The notes beneath the pieces are model-generated. The model saw only the letters and a list, made by a program, of their open reading frames with translations, ran no database searches and was not told where the DNA came from. From the NCBI GenBank assembly GCA_965277185.1, contig CBDICC010000020.1, positions 63,145 to 127,144 of the forward strand: DNA of 64,000 bases, written 5' to 3'. The stretch's first letter is position 1. Each line of letters starts with the position of its first letter. The position numbers and the translations under genes are program-made. Shown here piece by piece: positions 10,033 through 17,239 of the stretch. This stretch comes from Cytophagales bacterium. Its GTDB lineage: Bacteria; Bacteroidota; Bacteroidia; Cytophagales; JAHDFW01.

Positions 10033-10345
10033 TCAATTGGTTCATTTTTAATCGCAGAGAATGTTCGGTAACCAAACCGTTGGCACGTTCCATGGATTCA
10101 ATGTTTTTAATGAAAATTAACGTAGGAACAGTCTTTACTCCAAATTGTTGAGCCAATTCCGGATTATGCAAAGCATTGGTTTTGAGAAAAATCGCTTTTC
10201 CCTGAAACTCATGTGCTGCCCGTTCCAAAATAGGAGCAAGTGATCTACAAGGATTACAAGTGTCCGTATAAAAATCGAGTACTATTGGAACATCCTGATT
10301 TTTCAGTTGAGCTTCGAATTCGGAGGGATCTTTTACTTCAATCAT
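10025..10345 (-). CDS. thioredoxin
   Basis: 106 aa with an ATG start. 'DFYTDTCNPCRSLAPIL' is a CxxC active site in a thioredoxin-fold context, and 'VPTLIFIKN' is the classic cis-Pro loop. Confidence 0.8.
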   Translation of the reverse strand: MIEVKDPSEFEAQLKNQDVPIVLDFYTDTCNPCRSLAPILERAAHEFQGKAIFLKTNALHNPELAQQFGVKTVPTLIFIKNIESMERANGLVTEHSLRLKMNQLIG

Positions 10346-10416
10346 AACTATAATTTGATTAAACTTAACTTAATACATTTGATGTGAACTAATCAAATCC
10401 GTTCTAATTAGAAGGG

Positions 10417-11985
10417 CTATGAACTACAAGATAACATAGAGCAACCTACTTTTTCTTTTGCCCAATCAGGACGTTTGGCAAACCATTTTTGCATATCTGG
10501 TTGCTCGTTATAAGGTCGTTGCAGCAATTGATATAATTCATCAATCAATTCATAATTTCCCTTGTCTGCCTCATCGATAGCCAATTGTGCCATGTAATTC
10601 CGAAGGACGTATTTAGGATTTACCAACTTCATCTTTTCGCTTCTTTCGGCCTCATTCAGTCCTTCAGCTTTGATATGTGATTGATATTCTGCAAACCAAG
10701 CGGCCCATTGATCTTTAAATTCCAATAGTTCTGTCTCAGATTTATAGCTAGATTGTTCAATAATACTCCAAAATTGGTCTAAATTAAGTTCTGTTTGAAG
10801 AGTAGATAAATCTCGGAAAAACAACGTCATGTCAATTTCTGAAGTACCCATTAAGTCGGTTAGATTTTGTACAAAAGCAGTAGGCAAGTGACTTTGATAC
10901 AAACCTAATTTTTCCAACATCATCACATGATAATCGTTCAAATAGGATTCTTTGTATTCCATCAGAATGTCTTCCAGCGGTTTAACCTCTTCGATTAGTG
11001 GATATATGGCGTTGGCCAATTGCAAAAGATTCCAAAGACCAATTTCGTGTTGGGCTCCAAAACGATATCTTTTATGCGATGCATCGGTGGTATTGGGTGT
11101 CCAGTATGGATCATAATTCTCCAACCAACCATAGGGACCATAATCAATGGTTAACCCGAGGATGGACATATTATCGGTATTCATTACCCCGTGTACAAAT
11201 CCAACCCGTTTCCAATGAACGATCATGTCTTTGGTTGAAGTGGCAACTTCTTTAAAAAAGGCCAGATAGGACTCTTTTGAAGGAGCACCTAAATGTGGAA
11301 AGTGATGTTTAAGCGTGTAATCAGCCAGTTTACGGAGATTTGGAAGGTCTTTGCGTGAAGCAAAAATTTCAAAATTACCAAAACGAATAAAACTAGGCGA
11401 AACACGGCAAACTACAGCCCCTTTTTCATCTTGTACATTTCCATTATACAATATATCTCTAGGAACTAGATCTCCTGTTTCCACCAATGATAGTGCCCGA
11501 GTTGTAGGAACGCCTAAATGATGCATCGCTTCGCTGCACAAATATTCTCGTACAGACGAGCGCAACACTGCAAGTCCATCGGATCGCCTTGAATAGGGAG
11601 TAGGACCAGAACCTTTCAATTGAAATTTCCAGTTTTGATCCTTGATATCCAATTCGGCAATGGTAATTGCTCGTCCATCACCTAACTGTCCAGCCCAGTT
11701 TCCAAATTGATGTCCACCATAGCACATGGCATAAGATGGAAAATTATGAAAAGGTTTAGCGCCGCTCATGATGTCTCGTAATTCATCCATATTATCTACC
11801 TCCACATCTAATTCCTTCAAAAATTCTTTAGAAAGATGGATTAATGCTGGATTTCCAGGTTTTTTGGTAGGAACATAGGAGAAAAAAGCCTCGTGTACAT
11901 TCCTAGATTCATTGTTCTGAATATCATCCGCGGGAAGTTCCGATACAAAATGAGGACTGGGAGATATATCTAAAAAGTTAATCAT
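10417..11985 (-). CDS. selO: protein adenylyltransferase SelO (YdiU/UPF0061 family)
   Basis: Hallmark 'YGGHQFGNWAGQLGDGRA' motif with the kinase-fold body. The ORF-track start is TTG at 12066. The ATG at 11985 ('MINFLD...') gives an N-terminal length matching E. coli YdiU. Confidence 0.85.
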   Translation of the reverse strand: MINFLDISPSPHFVSELPADDIQNNESRNVHEAFFSYVPTKKPGNPALIHLSKEFLKELDVEVDNMDELRDIMSGAKPFHNFPSYAMCYGGHQFGNWAGQLGDGRAITIAELDIKDQNWKFQLKGSGPTPYSRRSDGLAVLRSSVREYLCSEAMHHLGVPTTRALSLVETGDLVPRDILYNGNVQDEKGAVVCRVSPSFIRFGNFEIFASRKDLPNLRKLADYTLKHHFPHLGAPSKESYLAFFKEVATSTKDMIVHWKRVGFVHGVMNTDNMSILGLTIDYGPYGWLENYDPYWTPNTTDASHKRYRFGAQHEIGLWNLLQLANAIYPLIEEVKPLEDILMEYKESYLNDYHVMMLEKLGLYQSHLPTAFVQNLTDLMGTSEIDMTLFFRDLSTLQTELNLDQFWSIIEQSSYKSETELLEFKDQWAAWFAEYQSHIKAEGLNEAERSEKMKLVNPKYVLRNYMAQLAIDEADKGNYELIDELYQLLQRPYNEQPDMQKWFAKRPDWAKEKVGCSMLSCSS

Positions 11986-12068
11986 ATAATTGTATAAACA
12001 GAGTAGAAAAAGAGGATCAAAGTTCCGAAAATTTAAGGGTAAGAAACGAATCTCACCATTTGTCAAGA

Positions 12069-12320
12069 ACTGAAGAATCGTAAAAAAAAGTTATTCAGTT
12101 GATCAGTTATTCAGTTGTTAGTTAAGAAAGAATAATTGGAAACCGAAGAACTGAAGAATCGTTAAAAAAGTTATTCAGTTATTCAGTTGATCAGTTATTC
12201 AGTTGCTAGTTAAGAAAGAATAATTGGAAACCAAAGAACCGAAGAATCGTAAAAAAAAAGTTATTCAGTTGATCAGTTATTCAGTTGCTAGTTAAGAAAG
12301 AATAATTTGAAACCAAAGAA
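12069..12320. repeat. three tandem copies of a roughly 85-bp A-rich repeat unit (core 'gttattcagttgatcagttattcagttgctagttaagaaagaataattggaaaccgaagaactgaagaatcgtaaaaaaaa')
   Basis: Read directly from the sequence. The copies start near 12069, 12148 and 12238. Copy 2 carries an extra 'gttattcagtt' sub-repeat. Confidence 0.8.
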
Positions 12321-12424
12321 CTGAAGAACCAAAGAACTGAAGAACCGAGAAACCGAAGAACTGAAAAACTGAAAAACTGAAAAACTGAAAAACTGAAAAA
12401 CCGAAGAACCGAAAAACCGAAAAA
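12300..12424. repeat. octanucleotide microsatellite (GAARAACY)n, about 13 units
   Basis: The units read gaagaacc aaagaact gaagaacc gagaaacc gaagaact (gaaaaact)x4 gaaaaacc gaagaacc gaaaaacc gaaaaact. The tract abuts the stop codon of the 12425..12694 gene. Confidence 0.8.
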
Positions 12425-12694
12425 CTAAATTTCCTTATCACAATTCAAGCAAATATATTTATCTTTCAAATTCTTCGTGGTACGAACGTGCTCGTCTACA
12501 ACTTTACTAATGAAGCTATTGTATACAGTCCCTCCAGGTGCAGCTTGCTTGTCCTTTTTAATTTCATAATATTTCCCGTCCCATTCACTATGTCCCCAAC
12601 AAATAGGGCAAGTACCTTCAGGTGACGGTCCAACCGTTTGTCCCGAGTCTTTTTTAGAAAAGTAACTTTTGATATTTTCAAGTATTATGCTCAT
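12425..12694 (-). CDS. small Cys-rich protein (putative zinc-ribbon; 'CPICWGH...CLNCD'), hypothetical
   Basis: 89 aa with an ATG start and two CxxC pairs. It is the last gene of the msrB-msrA-tlpA-like string. Confidence 0.45.
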   Translation of the reverse strand: MSIILENIKSYFSKKDSGQTVGPSPEGTCPICWGHSEWDGKYYEIKKDKQAAPGGTVYNSFISKVVDEHVRTTKNLKDKYICLNCDKEI

Positions 12695-12722
12695 AGTCAG
12701 TGGTGTTATGTGTTAGTTGAGG

Positions 12723-13325
12723 TTATTGTTTCTTATTCTTATCATTGGCAGATCCATCCAGTTGATCGGTGAGATATCGAATCGCTGCTTCTGGATCTAA
12801 ATTAAAATCTTCGAAAACGATGTTATTCTTTTGATCAATAAAAATAAACCAAGGCGTTCCTTTTGTATGATAGTCAGCCATGATCGTAGACATGCCTTTT
12901 CCGGGGTCATGTCCAAAAGGAATGTGCAGCTTATATTTTTCCTGTGTGTGACGGATTTTGTCATAACTGTTCTTTTCAAATCCTTCAAACACCGTTTGCA
13001 CCGCTAAAAACTGAATTTGGTCATTATCTTTGAACGCTTCCGTAATTTTTTGCAAAGCAGGCAATCCGTGACTATGACATCCTGGACACCAATGTTGATA
13101 ACAAAAGATTACTTTAAACTTGCCTTCAAATTGAGCTAATCGATAAGGTTTAGCTTCCTTACCTTCTGCGTCAATCCATTGATCTACCCGCAACTCCGGT
13201 GCAGGTTTGATTTTTTGCTTTTTGGCCACAGGCATAGGATTTCCATTTATATTAATTAATTGCGTCAAAAAAGGACTTTGCATACTTGATAAAACCAACA
13301 AGATTCCTAAATATAAACTGCTCAT
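12723..13325 (-). CDS. secreted TlpA-like/redoxin thioredoxin-fold thiol-disulfide oxidoreductase
   Basis: 200 aa. The N-terminus 'MSSLYLGILLVLSSMQSPFL' is a signal peptide or anchor. The active site is 'WCPGC' ('FCYQHWCPGCHSHGLPAL'). Confidence 0.7.
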   Translation of the reverse strand: MSSLYLGILLVLSSMQSPFLTQLININGNPMPVAKKQKIKPAPELRVDQWIDAEGKEAKPYRLAQFEGKFKVIFCYQHWCPGCHSHGLPALQKITEAFKDNDQIQFLAVQTVFEGFEKNSYDKIRHTQEKYKLHIPFGHDPGKGMSTIMADYHTKGTPWFIFIDQKNNIVFEDFNLDPEAAIRYLTDQLDGSANDKNKKQ

Positions 13326-13347
13326 AATTTCGTGAAATTAAAGTTAA

Positions 13348-13878
13348 TTAGGCTAAGTAATGCGAATACATATTTCGCAACTTTGCAATTTTAGGGTCGA
13401 TGACCACTCTGCAATACCCTGCTCCACTATTTTCTTTATAAAAGTCTTGATGATCTTGGTCAGCTTCAAAAAAGATGCTTGCCTCAGAGACTTCAGTTAC
13501 AATGGGGTCATCGAATATTTCCTGTACCTTTTGAATAACGTTTTCAATCACTTGCTTTTGTTCTGCGTCATGATAATAAATTACCGAACGGTATTGGGTT
13601 CCTGAATCTGCCCCTTGACGATTTAACGTGGTTGGGTCGTGACTGGTCATGAAAATGGTGATCAAATCTTGTAAGCTGATAATATCTGCATCAAACGTAA
13701 CTTGAACAACTTCTGCATGACCTGTTTTTCCTGAACAAATCTCGCGATAAGTCGGAGTTCCTGGGACCGTTCCCCCTGTATAACCGGAGACAACATTTGT
13801 TACTCCTTTTAACTGCTGCACAATGGCTTCTATACACCAAAAGCAACCTCCTCCGAATGTAGTTACTTGAGTTTTCAT
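13348..13878 (-). CDS. msrA: peptide-methionine (S)-S-oxide reductase MsrA
   Basis: 'FGGGCFWCIEA' active site, 'GHAEVVQVTFD' and 'GTQYRSVIYY'. 176 aa with an ATG start, separated from msrB by 2 bp. Confidence 0.9.
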   Translation of the reverse strand: MKTQVTTFGGGCFWCIEAIVQQLKGVTNVVSGYTGGTVPGTPTYREICSGKTGHAEVVQVTFDADIISLQDLITIFMTSHDPTTLNRQGADSGTQYRSVIYYHDAEQKQVIENVIQKVQEIFDDPIVTEVSEASIFFEADQDHQDFYKENSGAGYCRVVIDPKIAKLRNMYSHYLA

Positions 13879-13880
13879 AT

Positions 13881-14327
13881 TTATTTTTTTTCTAATTTAA
13901 TGGATTCTGAGTTAATACAATATCTTAATCCACTTGGTTCAGGTCCATCGGGAAAAACATGCCCTAAGTGTCCGTCGCAAGTGTTGCAAAGTGCTTCTAC
14001 CCGTACCATTCCATACGAAGTATCTTTATGGTATTTGATCGAATTGTCTTTAATAGGCTGAGTGAAACTTGGCCATCCACTTCCAGAATCAAACTTGATA
14101 GTTGAATCAAAAAGTTTGGTGTTGCAGCCAATGCAACTATATTCTCCGGGATCATATGCATGGCATAATTCGCCGCTTCCTGCACGTTCCGTTCCTTTTA
14201 ATCGGCTAATTCGAAATTGTTCCGGAGTAAGTATTGCTTTCCATTCTTCTTCCGTTTTGTCCATCCGTCGTTCTGGTGCCGGACTGCCGTTGTTGGCATA
14301 GTGTATTATATCTTTCCAGGTAAACAT
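13881..14327 (-). CDS. msrB: peptide-methionine (R)-S-oxide reductase MsrB
   Basis: SelR/MsrB motifs 'CIGCNTKLFDS..KFDSGSGWPSF' and 'CNTCDGHLGHVFPDGP', with both Zn-binding CxxC pairs and 'RYCINS'. Confidence 0.9.
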   Translation of the reverse strand: MFTWKDIIHYANNGSPAPERRMDKTEEEWKAILTPEQFRISRLKGTERAGSGELCHAYDPGEYSCIGCNTKLFDSTIKFDSGSGWPSFTQPIKDNSIKYHKDTSYGMVRVEALCNTCDGHLGHVFPDGPEPSGLRYCINSESIKLEKK

Positions 14328-14476
14328 AAGCTTGAGATGATATTAGGTGATAGATGTATAATTGTCTTGTTTTAGGTTATTTTGTGTTTGTTATAATACA
14401 AATATACTACTGGAAAAGTTTAGATTAGGTGTTCAATTTAATAATAGAAGTGTTCAATTTTCTTCTGTCTAAAGTA

Positions 14477-15310
14477 CTATGAATGTTGAGTTCGAAATTG
14501 CTCAGGGGTCTCCTCATTGTGTTTTTTGAAGAAGTGAGAGAAGGATTGTGAATCGGAAAAATTCAATTCATACGCGATGTTTTTGATTAATTCACGGGTA
14601 TGCATCAATTGTTTCTTGGCGTATACATTGCGCCGATGTGTTATTAAATCGCTTGGTTTTCGATGGTAATGTTTACTAAATAATTCAGAAATCCGTTTTG
14701 GAGCTACCCTCATTACCTGCGCATATTCTGAAACTTTGGTCAATTGTTTAAAGTTGGTTTCAACTAAATACTGAAATTCCCGAATGACCCGTAAATCCAT
14801 ATAGTCTACGTGTAAATCAAACTCAGAGGACACGTGGATTTTTTGACTCAACAGCATCAATCGCTGAAATGAATTTTGAACCAAAGGTTTCGAGAATGAA
14901 TTGGACCCTAATGGAAGTTCTTTTACAATGAGCGCCCACAATTGCTCGAATTCGGTCGTTTGATCCTTACTTAACTTAATTTTAGGTACACTATTCAAAA
15001 AATGGTAGCCATAAAAAACCAACAGATAATCTCCTGCCTGATTCAGTGAAGTATCAATTCCCAAAAACGTTTTATCGAAATGAATCACCCGAGCATGATG
15101 AAAGTGAGCCTTCACTTCCATGTGAAATTCGGATATAAATAAGATACAATTTTCCTCTAGAGGATAGATTTTGCCATCGATTTCTATTTCCGCTTGAGCA
15201 TGTTTATTCCAAATGACATATAAACAATCAATTTTCGAATCCGGCATTAAATGAATGGATTGATCTTTTAGATCTTCTGCGATGAAATGACTGTTTGATG
15301 AATTTGGCAT
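14477..15310 (-). CDS. AraC-family transcriptional regulator
   Basis: 277 aa. C-terminal tandem HTH ('ISELFSKHYHRKPSDLITHRRNVYAKKQLMHTRELIKNIAYELNFSDSQSFSHFFKK') with an N-terminal cupin-like effector domain. Confidence 0.8.
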   Translation of the reverse strand: MPNSSNSHFIAEDLKDQSIHLMPDSKIDCLYVIWNKHAQAEIEIDGKIYPLEENCILFISEFHMEVKAHFHHARVIHFDKTFLGIDTSLNQAGDYLLVFYGYHFLNSVPKIKLSKDQTTEFEQLWALIVKELPLGSNSFSKPLVQNSFQRLMLLSQKIHVSSEFDLHVDYMDLRVIREFQYLVETNFKQLTKVSEYAQVMRVAPKRISELFSKHYHRKPSDLITHRRNVYAKKQLMHTRELIKNIAYELNFSDSQSFSHFFKKHNEETPEQFRTQHS

Positions 15311-15436
15311 CGTTCAATTAATAGTTCGAATCGATAAGCAATATAAGTCAATTTACGTAGAGAAAAAATAAGTAATGGCTCAGGGTGGAATGAAGTTTGC
15401 TTTTGTGCTGATATAAAATTCGTAACTTGCTCGCAT

Positions 15437-16339
15437 ATGGCACATAATTTAAATCGTAAAATTCGTCTCTCTTTTTTCCTAGTAGCTGTTTTAACCGCTT
15501 CTATTGTAGGTGTACACTACTTGAATCTTTATGCTGGAGACCGATTCTATAGTAAAATCACTACTGATGCGGCACAATCGGTTATTATTAAGAAAAGTGA
15601 TAGTCAGAAAAAGAAAAATGCCCATGTCCGTACCAATGTGTCGGTGAATGGAAGTTCGTATAAAATTCGATATACATTTAGAGACCATAAAGAGAAGACA
15701 CAAACGATCAATTTAGAATATCCACGTGTAGCCACAGATCAGAAAATCCGAAAATTTGGAATACCCAGCGCCTTTTTAACTGGAATTAAAAATACAGCCG
15801 CAAATCAAGCAATGTTGCAACGTCAAATGAAATCGGGAATGTATATAATGAAAAAAGGAAAATTGACTCCGGATTACAATGCGATGATCAAATTTTACAA
15901 ACCTTATGCTACACCTATTGCGGAATTTATCGAGCGAGCCGTGGGTAAAAATGCAGATATTAATACCAAGGTAGAGTTTGCATTGAAGTTTTGTCAGGAC
16001 ATTCCATATTGCAGACCACCGATTACGTTTAATGGAAAGATAACAGCAGGATTATTCTCTCCACCCCACACATTAGTAAATATGTATAGTGATTGCGACT
16101 CAAAATCACTTTTATTAGCCTCTATTTTAAAACATTTTAAAACCCCTCCACTCGTTTTGGTTCATGTGCCCGGACACATGTTTATGGCGATGAAAGGAGT
16201 GCCAAGAACCTATCAGAAATCCCTTAAGTACGAAAACGAGACTTATATCTTTTTGGAACCAACCGGACCACGTCGATTCAGAATAGGCGAATCGAACAAA
16301 AAATATAAGCGTAATAAAGGAATTACCAGAGTTTTGTAA
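15437..16339 (+). CDS. hypothetical membrane-anchored protein (possible transglutaminase-like Cys/His fold)
   Basis: 300 aa with an N-terminal TM helix 'LSFFLVAVLTASIVGV'. The Cys...His pair 'DCDSKSLLLASIL' ... 'HVPGHMFMAM' is only suggestive. It is divergent from the AraC gene. Confidence 0.4.
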   Translation: MAHNLNRKIRLSFFLVAVLTASIVGVHYLNLYAGDRFYSKITTDAAQSVIIKKSDSQKKKNAHVRTNVSVNGSSYKIRYTFRDHKEKTQTINLEYPRVATDQKIRKFGIPSAFLTGIKNTAANQAMLQRQMKSGMYIMKKGKLTPDYNAMIKFYKPYATPIAEFIERAVGKNADINTKVEFALKFCQDIPYCRPPITFNGKITAGLFSPPHTLVNMYSDCDSKSLLLASILKHFKTPPLVLVHVPGHMFMAMKGVPRTYQKSLKYENETYIFLEPTGPRRFRIGESNKKYKRNKGITRVL

Positions 16340-16591
16340 TTTGCCATTCTTTTTTAACCTAAACATTATTTTAAACCGAACTGGATTGAAATCCAAAACG
16401 TGAAGCGAAATCTTCGGGAGTGATAAGAACCATAGGTAGGGTTGATTTTGCAATTGATGAATGGATCAAGAAGGTGGATTGAGTTTGAGATTTTATAAAA
16501 TTCGAGCGTAGAATCAAAAAACTACTAGATAATTCGGTAATTTTACTTGAAATGAATGAATTAGATTTTAGTTTATTCTGATAAATACAAC

Positions 16592-17176
16592 ATGAGTAAG
16601 CATCAAGCAATAATTGATAATCTGAAAAATTCCATTGCGCTTAAAAACGCCTTACTGGAAGATGAAGCTTTTTTAGAAAAAGTAAGCAATCTGGCTGATC
16701 AAATGATTCTATGCTTTCAAAATGGGGGGAAAGTACTGTTTTGTGGAAATGGAGGGAGTGCAGCTGACGCACAACATTTAGCAGCTGAATTTTCTGGCAG
16801 GTACTATTTTGACAGAGCACCGTTATTTGCAGAAGCACTGCACGTGAATACTTCTTATTTAACCGCCGTGGCAAATGATTATTCATTTGACCATGTGTAT
16901 GCACGAATGGTTCAGGCCATGGGACAAGAAGGTGATTTATTAATTGGGCTTTCTACTTCAGGTAATTCAGGCAATGTTGTCGAGGCGATGAAAGTGGCCA
17001 ATGAACTAAAAATGACCACCATTGCATTTACCGGCAATGGAGGAGGAGCATTGAAAACCCTAAGCGACCTTTTAATTGAAATTCCATCTACAGATACTCC
17101 ACGAATTCAGGAATGCCATATGTTGGTTGGACACACCTTGTGTGAAATAGTGGAGCAGAAGTTGTTTGGAAAGTAA
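16592..17176 (+). CDS. gmhA: D-sedoheptulose-7-phosphate isomerase (SIS domain; GmhA/DiaA family)
   Basis: 'GGKVLFCGNGGSAADAQHLAAEF' and 'GLSTSGNSGNVVEA' are canonical GmhA SIS motifs. 194 aa. Confidence 0.8.
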   Translation: MSKHQAIIDNLKNSIALKNALLEDEAFLEKVSNLADQMILCFQNGGKVLFCGNGGSAADAQHLAAEFSGRYYFDRAPLFAEALHVNTSYLTAVANDYSFDHVYARMVQAMGQEGDLLIGLSTSGNSGNVVEAMKVANELKMTTIAFTGNGGGALKTLSDLLIEIPSTDTPRIQECHMLVGHTLCEIVEQKLFGK

Positions 17177-17239
17177 GTAGGTAACGAACTTAAAGAACTT
17201 AAAGAACTAATCTTGTATGCAATCTAGGTGAATGATTCA

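Noticed and set aside
12069-12424. Possible CRISPR array
   Set aside because: The repeats are about 85 bp and A-rich, and they are not separated by unique spacers of uniform length. The downstream part is an 8-bp microsatellite and there are no cas genes in the window.
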